Origin: Microcoleus sp. CAN_BIN18
Lineage (GTDB): Bacteria; Cyanobacteriota; Cyanobacteriia; Cyanobacteriales; Microcoleaceae
DNA: 45,877 nucleotides
Assembly: GCA_026786085.1 (NCBI GenBank)
Contig: JAJAYT010000409.1
Coordinates: 1-45,877 of the forward strand
Direction: 5' to 3'
Shown: positions 19,499 through 28,685 of the stretch, in pieces
How the letters are laid out: every line of letters begins with the position of its first letter
Position numbering within the stretch: position 1 is the stretch's first letter
Notes under the pieces: model-generated
The model's database searches: none
Told to the model about the DNA's origin: nothing
The model's input: only the letters and a program-made list of their open reading frames with translations
Made by a program: the position numbers and the translations under genes

Positions 19499-20416
19499 AT
19501 GCTAGAAACAAATCTCGGAGAAATTAGAGCCTTAGCTATCGACTCCGATCCAATTATTCCCGATCCCCCAAACATCAGATTGCTCACCGGGCCTTTACAA
19601 AATCCCAGCGATCCCAACTTTTTTGACCTTACTCCCAATGACGATGTAGTTCAACTAGCAAGTGGAATTCTGCGCAACACTCCCGGAGGTTTGCGTGCTT
19701 TAGCCGGTAATGATTTTGTGCGAGGTTCGGGTGCGGCCGAACTGATGAACGGCAACAGCGGCATCGATACTTTAATCGGAGGTTGCGGCAATGATACTAT
19801 TCGCGGCGGTCAAGATTTTGACATACTTTACGGAGAATGCGGCAACGATGTTCTCAGCGGCAATCAAGGTGGTGACGTAGCTTACGGAGGTACGGGAAAT
19901 GACTTTATTCGTGGCGGCCAAGGCAATGATGCTTTAGTCGGAGACAGTGGCAATGATACTCTGATTGGTGATGCTGGAGTCGATCGACTTTGGGGAGGAG
20001 AAGGTGCAGATTTATTTGTCCTCAGAAGAGAAGCGCGAGCAATTTCGCAGGAATTTGGTTCAGATCAAGCCCGTCCAATTGGGACTTTTCCTTTGAGTAC
20101 AGAAGAAGTACCAGCAGATTTTATTCTCGATTACAATCCGGCCCAAGGAGATGTAATTGGATTGGCGGGAGGGCTAACGCGAAACGATATTGTTTTGACC
20201 GAAAGGTTTGCAACAATTGGTGATGCGAGAAGTTACGATAGCAACGGGCCTACTCCTCCGGGAGCGTTTATAACTGCTGATTTTAAATTTTTAAACATTA
20301 AAGCGACGGTGATTCGCGAAGCTAGTACCGGCAATATTTTGGGTTTGGTGAAGGATGTTTCGCCGAGTCAAATTCAGTTTAGTTCTGTGTCTGACGGGGC
20401 GATCGCTCTAGGTTAA
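19499..20416 (+). CDS. RTX/hemolysin-type calcium-binding repeat protein
   Basis: GGxGxD nonapeptides (GGTGNDFIRGGQGNDALVGDSGNDTLIGDAG). Confidence 0.85.
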   Translation: MLETNLGEIRALAIDSDPIIPDPPNIRLLTGPLQNPSDPNFFDLTPNDDVVQLASGILRNTPGGLRALAGNDFVRGSGAAELMNGNSGIDTLIGGCGNDTIRGGQDFDILYGECGNDVLSGNQGGDVAYGGTGNDFIRGGQGNDALVGDSGNDTLIGDAGVDRLWGGEGADLFVLRREARAISQEFGSDQARPIGTFPLSTEEVPADFILDYNPAQGDVIGLAGGLTRNDIVLTERFATIGDARSYDSNGPTPPGAFITADFKFLNIKATVIREASTGNILGLVKDVSPSQIQFSSVSDGAIALG

Positions 20417-20497
20417 CTCAAATCGGTACACATTGCTGCTAATTTGGATAACATGGACGGGCGAGACGCCCATCCCGCAACAGCAAGGCTCTCAATC

Positions 20498-20546
20498 CTC
20501 GTTCCCAGGCTCTGCCTGGGAAGGCCTATCAGCGAGGCTCTGCCTC
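20498..20546. repeat. Palindromic repeat (ttcccaggctctgcctgggaa family)
   Basis: Hairpin ttcccaggc-tct-gcctgggaa plus gaggctctgcctc. Confidence 0.6.
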
Positions 20547-20574
20547 CCGATTCCTGACCTGAATTCAACAAACA

Positions 20575-21225
20575 TTAAAATTGCCAAAAATCCGCCACAT
20601 CATATCCCATTTCGCCCAGCATTTGCCGCAGCAGAGGCAAACTCAAACCGATCACATTTGTGTGACATCCTTCGATTTTTTCCACAAAAAAACCACCTTT
20701 ACCTTCCAGTGCAAAACATCCAGCACAGCCGAGGGGTTCTCCGGTAGCGACGTAAGCAGCAATTTGCCGCGAGGTAACTTGAGCAAAATGAACTTTTGTA
20801 ACTTGACAGCGAACGATCGATCGATCCATTGCCACATCAAAGTTATCGAACCTAGTATCAATTAAAGCATGACCAGTATAAAGTTCGCCAACTTTCCCGC
20901 GCATTTTCTGCCATCGCGAGATTGCTTCTTCAGCATCCTTTGGTTTGCCATGAATTTCGCCATCAATGACCAAAATTGAGTCGCATCCCAACACCAAACA
21001 CGATTTGGGATTGGGAATTTGCGGGTGAGAATTAGCCAGCAAAAACTCAGCTACAGCGTCAGCTTTTCCCTCTGCTAAAACCTGCACTAATTTAGTAGCA
21101 TCTCTCATTTTTATTTGCCCTTCATCAAAGTCGCTGGGGCAAATCACAGCTTGAATGCCAGCACTTTTAAGCAGGCTGCGGCGCGCCGGGGAAGCTGAGG
21201 CTAATATAAAAGTTGGAATTTTCAT
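20575..21225 (-). CDS. maf: Maf family nucleoside triphosphate pyrophosphatase
   Basis: [33 protein letters not shown]. Confidence 0.92.
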   Translation of the reverse strand: MKIPTFILASASPARRSLLKSAGIQAVICPSDFDEGQIKMRDATKLVQVLAEGKADAVAEFLLANSHPQIPNPKSCLVLGCDSILVIDGEIHGKPKDAEEAISRWQKMRGKVGELYTGHALIDTRFDNFDVAMDRSIVRCQVTKVHFAQVTSRQIAAYVATGEPLGCAGCFALEGKGGFFVEKIEGCHTNVIGLSLPLLRQMLGEMGYDVADFWQF

Positions 21226-21234
21226 AATTTAAGA

Positions 21235-21276
21235 AGTCATTAGTCATTAGTCATCAGTCATTGGTCATTAGTCATT
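21235..21276. repeat. Heptamer STRR AGTCATT x6
   Basis: Direct read. Confidence 0.85.
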
Positions 21277-21371
21277 AGTTATTTGTTGGCTTTAATAACC
21301 AATGTACCATCCATAATGCTTTTTGGCCCAGTATCCCATAACTAATAACTAATAACCAATAACTTTTTCAC

Positions 21372-21911
21372 CTAATAAACAGAGAAAGATTTGACAACTT
21401 TCTCAAAAGCTGCTTTAACCTTCGGCCAACGTTCTTCGGTAGTGGAAATATTCAGCGTAAAAAGTTTGCCGCGGCTAATGGCTACGCTGGCTAAATTGTG
21501 GCGTTGTTGATTTGGCAACTTAACGGCGTATTCTAAAATGTAATAGTTTTTCGATCGCGATTCGCGAGATTCTGCATTGATTAACTCAGCTTCGCGGCCG
21601 GAATCTGCCGGGGCGATCGCATTTTTGCTAAGCTTGTATCCTACTTCCGACGGTGTTCCCAAATCCGCCAAAGTTTTGTCCCCCGCAACTGGACTGATGA
21701 CCACGCTAACATTCTCGGTTTGCTGAATCAAATCACGGAACACGACATCGGGCCCATTAGCAACTGCGATCGGTAGCCAGCCGTTAGGATAGAGAAATTG
21801 ATAGCCATCGCCAGTATCAATATGGCTTTTGAGTCCGACAACGTTAGATACACAACTGGTCAAGGTGAGGCTGAACACCACCAGAAGCATGGTCACAATT
21901 CGTTTGATCAT
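21372..21911 (-). CDS. psbP: Photosystem II PsbP (CyanoP) lipoprotein
   Basis: LTSC lipobox; DGYQFLYPNGW, ENVSVVIS, LGTPSEVG, RGKLFT. Confidence 0.92.
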   Translation of the reverse strand: MIKRIVTMLLVVFSLTLTSCVSNVVGLKSHIDTGDGYQFLYPNGWLPIAVANGPDVVFRDLIQQTENVSVVISPVAGDKTLADLGTPSEVGYKLSKNAIAPADSGREAELINAESRESRSKNYYILEYAVKLPNQQRHNLASVAISRGKLFTLNISTTEERWPKVKAAFEKVVKSFSVY

Positions 21912-22051
21912 TATTTTTGCGATCGAATGACAATTAAATATTTGTTTTTAATTGTCTCACCAAACCTTCCCTCAAAATAGTTAAGCTATGGAGCGCGGTT
22001 TGTGTGTCGCCCGCGTGCCATAGCCGTACAGTTTAATTTTCAACAAAATCA

Positions 22052-22273
<222 letters not shown>

Positions 22274-22291
22274 CTAAATTGCTTTTTGCTT

Positions 22292-22330
22292 ACTGTAAAT
22301 AAATGTAACAGACTTATGAAGGTTTGTAAA
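22292..22330 (-). promoter_or_regulatory. HLR1 (RpaB-binding) motifs upstream of hli
   Basis: The - strand reads GTTACATT-TA-TTTACAGT, with a degenerate TTTACAAA-CC-TTCATAAG upstream. Confidence 0.75.
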
Positions 22331-22488
22331 GGATTGTGTGCTTTTTTTTTCAAAAGTCTCGATCTGACTGTGGGTAGTAGACTCTGGGCCCCGGAGGGAG
22401 GACTATAGAGTTGAAAGGCGCAAAAGTCGATCGCGCGAGGCAAATCCAGTCTGGGTTTGACGAAAATTGTGGAACGGAGGAAAAGTTT

Positions 22489-23100
22489 ATGCGGGTCAGT
22501 TTGGAAATGCGGTGGTTTTATGGCGGTGCGTTGCCAAAATCGATCGGGCAATGGTTTGGCAGCGAGAGTCTCGGCGGGTATCTGTCGCCGCCTGAAGAGC
22601 GGGAAGACTTATATTTGCTGATACCGGGCTGCGACTACTTGGGAGTCAAGCTGCGCGGGAAAAATTTACAGGTAAAGTGGCGACAGGCAGAATTCGGGGC
22701 GATGCAATTCGGCAACCGCTGGGAAGGCAAAGCCGAGAAATGGCTGAAATGGATTTGTGCCGACACGATGGCGCCAGTATCAGCAGATATTCTGGCGACA
22801 GGCAAATGGGTGAAGGTGAAGAAAAAGCGAGCCCAGCGTCTTTACCAAGTTTCTGCCCCTGGTGCGCTAATGTCTGTGCCTGTCGAAGCACCAATTCCCC
22901 AAGGCTGTATTGTAGAACTTACTCAGTTAAATATTAACGGCACTGCGTCGTGGACTTTGGGATTTGAAGCCTTTGGCAGCGAAAGTTTTTTGACCGAAAG
23001 TCTGCAAACAGTAGCTAATTGGACTAGCAAGAGTTATCAGGCGCAAAAGTTGACAACTGAGGATTCTTCTGGTTATCCGATTTGGCTGGCGAGCGATTAA
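22489..23100 (+). CDS. Hypothetical protein, CYTH-like
   Basis: ExRWF, REDLY, VKLRG, KKKR, ELT, GFEAFG; ggagg RBS before the ATG at 22489. Confidence 0.65.
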   Translation: MRVSLEMRWFYGGALPKSIGQWFGSESLGGYLSPPEEREDLYLLIPGCDYLGVKLRGKNLQVKWRQAEFGAMQFGNRWEGKAEKWLKWICADTMAPVSADILATGKWVKVKKKRAQRLYQVSAPGALMSVPVEAPIPQGCIVELTQLNINGTASWTLGFEAFGSESFLTESLQTVANWTSKSYQAQKLTTEDSSGYPIWLASD

Positions 23101-23140
23101 GGAGAGAGGGAGAGAGGGAGAGAGGGAGAGAGGGAGAGAG
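23101..23140. repeat. Octamer repeat GGAGAGAG x5
   Basis: Direct read. Confidence 0.85.
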
Positions 23141-23263
23141 AGAGGGGGGAGAATTTGAAACTTTTTTCCAGAACTCTTTTTCTGAATCTGTGAATAGCGC
23201 TTCAGGTACTGCACGCCCGGATGAGTTCACAAGTTAACACGATTCTCCCCCTCTCCCATTCTC

Positions 23264-24043
23264 CTACTCTCCCATTTTCCCCACTCTGCCAGCACTTCTC
23301 AGAATTTGACAAGCCAAAATGGCCGCCCCAAATCCATTATCAATATTCACCACACCAACACCAGCCGCACAAGAATTAAGCATAGTTAAAAGAGGAGCAA
23401 TCCCGCCAAAACTCGCACCATAACCAACACTTGTCGGCACCGCAATCACCGGACAATCCGCTAAACCCGCAACCACACTCGGCAAAGCACCTTCCATACC
23501 AGCAACCGTAATCAACACATCAGCATCATCAATCACGTGCCGATTGTTCAACAAGCGATGAATGCCAGCAACTCCCACATCCCACAAACGCCGCACCTGA
23601 AAACCGCAAAGTTCCGCCGTAACTGCCGCCTCTTCCGCCACAGGCAAATCCGCCGTTCCCGCACTGATAATAGTCACAGTACCCGGATGCTGCCAAGTTG
23701 GGGAATTAGCAGAAATTGCACAAATTCGAGCTTTTTGGTAGTAGCACAAATCGGGGATTTTTTGCTGCAATTGCTCGAAAACGAACGGTTCAATTCGCGT
23801 CGCCATCACCACAGGATTTCGCCCGCGCATCGCCTCGATAATTTCCACAATTTGGTCTGGTGTTTTCCCTGGGCCCAAGATGACTTCAGGAAAACCGGTT
23901 CTTAAGGTGCGGTGGTGGTCAATTTTGGCAAAATCGCCGACTTGTTCAAAGTCAAAATGCTTTAATTTGTCCAAAGCTGCGATCGGGCTAACATCGCCAG
24001 CCGCAACAGATTCGAGTAACTTCTGTAAAATTTCAGGTTCCAT
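23264..24043 (-). CDS. larB: Nickel pincer cofactor biosynthesis protein LarB (CpmA-like)
   Basis: DHHR.LRTGFPEV, AGTADLPVAEEA, DVGVAGIHRL, AGMEGALPS, VVNIDNGFGAA. Confidence 0.93.
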   Translation of the reverse strand: MEPEILQKLLESVAAGDVSPIAALDKLKHFDFEQVGDFAKIDHHRTLRTGFPEVILGPGKTPDQIVEIIEAMRGRNPVVMATRIEPFVFEQLQQKIPDLCYYQKARICAISANSPTWQHPGTVTIISAGTADLPVAEEAAVTAELCGFQVRRLWDVGVAGIHRLLNNRHVIDDADVLITVAGMEGALPSVVAGLADCPVIAVPTSVGYGASFGGIAPLLTMLNSCAAGVGVVNIDNGFGAAILACQILRSAGRVGKMGE

Positions 24044-24089
24044 GAATTAATGATATCATCTCAGCTAAAACAACAATAGCAAAATTGGC

Positions 24090-24268
24090 TCGTAGTGAGG
24101 ACTTTAGTCCGCATCCATGAAGGACTGAAGTCCTCACTACAAACCTTTCTCCTCAGAAAGAAGGACTAAAGTCCTCACTACGAACCTTTCTCCTCAGAAA
24201 GAAGGACTAAAGTCCTCACTACGAACCTTTCTCCTCAGAAAGAAGGACTAAAGTCCTCACTACGAACC
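24090..24268. repeat. REP-derived 41-bp tandem repeat (3 full copies plus 1 partial) with one inverted REP
   Basis: aaggactaaagtcctcactacgaacctttctcctcagaaag at 24120, 24161, 24202, 24243; inverted cgtagtgaggactttagtcc near 24091. Confidence 0.88.
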
Positions 24269-24273
24269 AATCA

Positions 24274-26046
24274 CTATTCTGTGATTTTCAGTTCGTACAA
24301 ATTCCAGAAAGCACCTCCTATAGCACTATAGCGAATTCCCGAAAGGCGATCGCGCACCGCCTCAAAAGTCAGCGGATTCACCATATAAATAAAAGGCACT
24401 TGTTCCGCTATAATTTGCTGCGCATCCCCATAAAGTTCCTTGCGCTTCGCCTCATCAAGCTCTTGAGAAGCCTTCACGTAAAGGTCATCAATTTTTTGTT
24501 CCCAGTCGTACACTTCCCAACCCTTGATCGGCGGTTCTGTCCCTAACGGGCCCTGGTTGAAACTGTGTAAAGTCCCCTTAACAGACCAAATATTGTAGCC
24601 ACTGTGCGGTTCCAAACCTCCGGTAAAACCACCGAGGTAAGTATCCCAATTTTTAGTCAAACGCAGCTTTTCCACATAAGTGTTAAAACTCAGGAACTGC
24701 GTATCAATTTCCATCCCCAGTTTGCCCAAATCTTGTTTAATTTGCGTTCCCATTTGTTCCCGCACTTTTTTCCCCGCAGCCATTAACAAAGTAAAGCGCA
24801 CTTTGTTACCCTCAGTATCCAACAATTCGCCGTTACTATTATACTTGAAACCAGCACTCAGCAGCAACTGTTTCGACTTTTCCGGATCGTAACTGTAAGT
24901 TTTCAATCCCTGTTCTGGAGACAAGTAGAACGGACTTTGTGCCGGAATTGGGGAATGCAGGGGCGCGCCAAGTCCGCGATAGATATTGTTAGTCATGGCA
25001 TCGCGGTTGATGCCGTAGGCGATCGCCTGCCGAAATTCCTTATTGGTAAACCAGCGAGACTTAACCGGGTCTACAAACGGCTGATTTTGAGGGTTGCGCC
25101 CCTTGTTCAGATTGAAACACATAAACACGCTGCCAGTATCCGGGCCGCCGTTAAATACCGTATATTTGCCGCGTTTTTCCTCGCGTTTCAGCAGCGGAAA
25201 CACCTCCGGCTGCACGTCCAGAGTATCCAAATCGCCCGATCGAAAATTCAGCAGTTGAGTATCAGTATTTTCGATAATTTGCCAAACAATTTGCTGGATG
25301 TAAGGTTGACTATTTCCCTCAGTATCTTTGCGCCAAAAATACGGATTTCGTTCCAAAACAACCCGCTGATTGGGAGTATAACTTAGCATTCGGTATTGAC
25401 CGTTACCGACAATTTTTTGAGGATCGGTATCCGTTCCCCAAGTAGACAAGAATTTAAGCTTACCGTTAGCCTCTGTATTGCTGATAGATTCCTGCAAAAT
25501 ATGAGCTGGTAGAATTGGGATTCCCCCAGCATATCTAATAAATGGAGCAAAAGGTTCTGCCACTGAAAATTCTACGCGGCGACTGTCAAGTTTTTTGAGT
25601 GTTGGGAATTGGCGGCTCATACCAACTCTCAGAGTATCTTTCAAACCGCTAGGAATTTTGTCATTGAAATAAATCTTTTCATAGCTGAAGATAATGTCAT
25701 CAGTTGTCATCGGTTCGCCGTCAGACCATTTCAATCCTTCTCGCAGGTTGAAGACAATCTTTTTGCCATCCTTAGAAACTTCCCAGGACTCTGCTAAACC
25801 AGGTTCTAGCTTCGATGTCAGGCCGTTTTCGTTGATCAATCCCTCGTACATATAGCCAAAAACGCTGTATGCAGATTGATTTAGCGGGTAGTTGAAGGTA
25901 GACGGGCCACTGGGGGTGGGAACGACGAGTCTGTTTGTTAATTGCGATCGGGCGGGACGACAAGCAGATAGACTGATAGTGGCAATTACAGCCAGCAAAA
26001 CAGCCAGCCAGCGGCGCTTTGAATGTAAAATAGGGAAAATTTTCAT
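24274..26046 (-). CDS. Peptide/nickel ABC transporter substrate-binding protein (family 5)
   Basis: LSAC lipobox; LAESWEVS.DG, LREGLKWSDG.P.T.DD, FRQAIAYGINR. Confidence 0.9.
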   Translation of the reverse strand: MKIFPILHSKRRWLAVLLAVIATISLSACRPARSQLTNRLVVPTPSGPSTFNYPLNQSAYSVFGYMYEGLINENGLTSKLEPGLAESWEVSKDGKKIVFNLREGLKWSDGEPMTTDDIIFSYEKIYFNDKIPSGLKDTLRVGMSRQFPTLKKLDSRRVEFSVAEPFAPFIRYAGGIPILPAHILQESISNTEANGKLKFLSTWGTDTDPQKIVGNGQYRMLSYTPNQRVVLERNPYFWRKDTEGNSQPYIQQIVWQIIENTDTQLLNFRSGDLDTLDVQPEVFPLLKREEKRGKYTVFNGGPDTGSVFMCFNLNKGRNPQNQPFVDPVKSRWFTNKEFRQAIAYGINRDAMTNNIYRGLGAPLHSPIPAQSPFYLSPEQGLKTYSYDPEKSKQLLLSAGFKYNSNGELLDTEGNKVRFTLLMAAGKKVREQMGTQIKQDLGKLGMEIDTQFLSFNTYVEKLRLTKNWDTYLGGFTGGLEPHSGYNIWSVKGTLHSFNQGPLGTEPPIKGWEVYDWEQKIDDLYVKASQELDEAKRKELYGDAQQIIAEQVPFIYMVNPLTFEAVRDRLSGIRYSAIGGAFWNLYELKITE

Positions 26047-26074
26047 AATGATTTACTGTACCACCTGCGTGCAA

Positions 26075-26680
26075 TTATGACTGAGATTGTAGCCAACCCA
26101 GAAAATTTTTAGTGACAGAGAAATACTTTGTAATCCCCGCCTCTCGCAAAACATCTTGAACTGCCGGTATGCCAAATTCTTTGAAATTACCGCTGAGAAA
26201 TACTTTGGTTTCTGTGGAATGCGATCGGGCATGACTGAGGATACAGTGTAGAATCAAATTGTCTGTTGGGTCTTTTTCGATCAAAGTTGCGTTTAAGCTT
26301 GCTTCGATAATCTCTGGATTTAATGCAATCATTTCTGAATTTCGCGACATCAGACTTATCGCTTCCCGCAAGCGCGATTTAATTTCATCCATTCGATAGC
26401 GATAGTAAACTAATGACTCTTCTAAGTGAAAAGATAGAGATGTGGCGTATTCAGATGTCACATCTCGCTTTGTTTCGCTAACTTGACGACTTAGCTGTTC
26501 CTTAAAAGAGTTTTGCCGCTTCAACTCATCCTCTAAAGCTGACAAAGCCTCCATGTAACAAATGCTGGGTATTACCAACTGAACTGATGAGGACAAATCC
26601 CTGAGCAACATAATTGCTTCAGCCTCACGCCCTGTAGTAATACTCATCAAAAAGTTGGTCTCGATATATACGATTGCCAC
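26075..26680 (-). CDS. PIN-domain protein
   Basis: VYIETNFL, IPSIC..E, DPTDNLIL, FLSGN.KEF; GTG start. Confidence 0.75.
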   Translation of the reverse strand: MAIVYIETNFLMSITTGREAEAIMLLRDLSSSVQLVIPSICYMEALSALEDELKRQNSFKEQLSRQVSETKRDVTSEYATSLSFHLEESLVYYRYRMDEIKSRLREAISLMSRNSEMIALNPEIIEASLNATLIEKDPTDNLILHCILSHARSHSTETKVFLSGNFKEFGIPAVQDVLREAGITKYFSVTKNFLGWLQSQS

Positions 26681-27173
26681 CTAATTCCACTCCTGATTTT
26701 GTTGTTCCACCTGCGAGTAATGGCAGCAAACCGATGGCTGCTATCTGCTCCGATGCTGGCGGAACTTCTGATTTCCAGTTATAATCTAAGTCATGCAGCC
26801 ACGATTCAATCAGCCCCTCAATGGTACTTTCAAAGAGCCATTTACTGCCAAACGTAGGCAGATAATAGCGACATATTTCGCCGGTATTGAGAGTGCAAAC
26901 AGGCTCCGATAAATTCACGCCATCCCATTTGAAAATCAAAATTTGTTCCGCGTCAATAAACATAGCATAGGGGATGATCGCGTTTCTTTCAGACACCTTA
27001 GCTAACACAGCTTTCAGCCAATCGATCGCGCGATCGATAATTTTCTGTTTTGCGGCTGCTTCTTGGGCTTGAATGATTTTAACCTCGATTAGCACGACTA
27101 TGCGATCGTCCTTATCCAACGCGATCACATCCGCGTCTACAGGAAATTGTAACTCCCAGTTGTCAGTGTCCAT
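26625..27173 (-). CDS. Hypothetical protein with a PD-(D/E)XK-like motif
   Basis: DADVIALDKDDRIVVLIEVK; overlaps the PIN gene. Confidence 0.6.
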   Translation of the reverse strand: MDTDNWELQFPVDADVIALDKDDRIVVLIEVKIIQAQEAAAKQKIIDRAIDWLKAVLAKVSERNAIIPYAMFIDAEQILIFKWDGVNLSEPVCTLNTGEICRYYLPTFGSKWLFESTIEGLIESWLHDLDYNWKSEVPPASEQIAAIGLLPLLAGGTTKSGVELGGNRIYRDQLFDEYYYRA

Positions 27174-27241
27174 GATTTCAGGCTTCCTAGCGATTTTGGA
27201 TTAAACAATTGACTCCACAGTCAATTTTAGATGATAGAGTT

Positions 27242-27721
27242 CTATTTTTGGCCCAGCAAAACTACAGCATAGGCTGCAATTCCTTCCTCTCTCCCCACTG
27301 GGCCTAACTTTTCGTTAGTAGTAGCTTTGATGCCAATTTGGTCGGGTTTTAATTGTAGAACACCAGAAAGCCGATCGCGCATTTGCTCAATATGCGGTTT
27401 CAGCTTCGGACGTTCAGCCACCACCACCGAGTCAATATTGCCAATTTCCCAGCCTTTATCTAATATTAACTGATTGACTTGTGCCAGCAACACTAGACTG
27501 TCTGCACCTTTCCATTTCGGGTCAGTTGGCGGGAAATATAGGCCGATATCTCCCAAGCTGAGAGCTCCCAGCATCGCGTCCATAATCGCGTGGGTTAGTA
27601 CGTCTGCGTCGCTGTGTCCTAATAAGCCTAATTCGTGGGGAATGTGTACGCCGCCGAGGATTAGGGGGCGTTCTGGAACTAAGCAGTGAATGTCGTAACC
27701 GTTACCGATGCGGATGTTCAT
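27242..27721 (-). CDS. ispF: 2-C-methyl-D-erythritol 2,4-cyclodiphosphate synthase
   Basis: [32 protein letters not shown]. Confidence 0.97.
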   Translation of the reverse strand: MNIRIGNGYDIHCLVPERPLILGGVHIPHELGLLGHSDADVLTHAIMDAMLGALSLGDIGLYFPPTDPKWKGADSLVLLAQVNQLILDKGWEIGNIDSVVVAERPKLKPHIEQMRDRLSGVLQLKPDQIGIKATTNEKLGPVGREEGIAAYAVVLLGQK

Positions 27722-27814
27722 TTCAAAAAGTAGATGTTTGGGGAATGCAGACAGTAGGAAATTATTGCACAGTTTGTCTGGGGATAAGTGAGTTTTTTGG
27801 GCGATCGACCTTTT

Positions 27815-27994
27815 TTACTTTTGGGCAGATATTGGAGGAATGCGATCGGCTGTTAAAATTACTACTTTCCCATCTTGCCAAACAGCAATAGATTCACCTA
27901 ATTTGCGATGTCTTTCTATAGCTGCGGCAACGGCAGCTTTCACTCCCGCATCAATCTTTGTAGATAAAAAATGTCTGGGTTTTGATTCGTTCAT
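27815..27994 (-). CDS. 59-aa partner of the zeta-like ATPase (not in ORF track)
   Basis: MNESKPRHFLSTKIDAGVKAAVAAAIERHRKLGESIAVWQDGKVVILTADRIPPISAQK*; ATG 1 nt after the upstream stop. Confidence 0.75.
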   Translation of the reverse strand: MNESKPRHFLSTKIDAGVKAAVAAAIERHRKLGESIAVWQDGKVVILTADRIPPISAQK

Positions 27995-27995
27995 T

Positions 27996-28562
27996 TTATC
28001 TTTGATTTATTTGATTCCAGATTTCCCTATTATAGATGATCTGTTCTCCCTCGATACTTCCTTCTGTCACTAACTCGGGAGTTTCGTTAGAGTTATTATA
28101 GATAATCCAATTGTCGCACAAAGGCAAATACAGAGCGAGCAAGTTTTGCATTCCTCTGTCAGAGCGACGGCGGATGACATCTTCTGGGATGGAATGGCCG
28201 CCGCTAGCTACCCGGCTGGCTACTCTTGCTATGGCTAGTTCGGGCGATCGCAACCAAAAGTAAATTAAGTTAATTGTATAACCTTTGATTTTACAACTTC
28301 TGAGGAAAGCTGCAAAGCTGCGGGCCGCCAGAGTAGTCTCAAAAGCAAAATCAGTTCCAGAATTAGACAGGGTTTGCAGTCTTTTTAGCATGATTCGTCC
28401 TGCGGAAATGGCTACAGATTCGGGATTGAATGGCGAAAGAGCAGCCGCGATCGCATCAGCATTGACATATTCAAAACAGTCCAGAAAGTTAGGTAATAAA
28501 CTCATTGATGAAGTGGTTTTCCCGGAACCGTTAGCGCCGCCAATTATGTAAACATTTGGCAT
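27996..28562 (-). CDS. Zeta-toxin family P-loop kinase/ATPase
   Basis: GGANGSGKTT, VNADAIA, FAFETTL, RVASGGHSIP..VIRRR. Confidence 0.85.
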   Translation of the reverse strand: MPNVYIIGGANGSGKTTSSMSLLPNFLDCFEYVNADAIAAALSPFNPESVAISAGRIMLKRLQTLSNSGTDFAFETTLAARSFAAFLRSCKIKGYTINLIYFWLRSPELAIARVASRVASGGHSIPEDVIRRRSDRGMQNLLALYLPLCDNWIIYNNSNETPELVTEGSIEGEQIIYNREIWNQINQR

Positions 28563-28608
28563 AAATTTAATTATCCATACTTTCTTGAAATCATCTCAAC
28601 ATTAAAAC

Positions 28609-28650
28609 CATCTGCGTTAATCCGTGTTAATCTGCCTTTCATCTGCGGTC
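28609..28650. repeat. cgcagatgaa..cagat repeat family; inverted copy near 42701-42740
   Basis: catctgcgttaatccgtgttaatctgcctttcatctgcg versus cgcagatgaaaggcagatcaacattgattaacgcagatg. Confidence 0.65.
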
Positions 28651-28685
28651 AATCTATCAATTAAAGATTTATGCAATGCAAGCCA

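Noticed and set aside
24120-24268. CRISPR array
   Set aside because: The spacer-like parts are identical, the period is only 41 bp and there are no cas genes, so it is a tandem REP repeat
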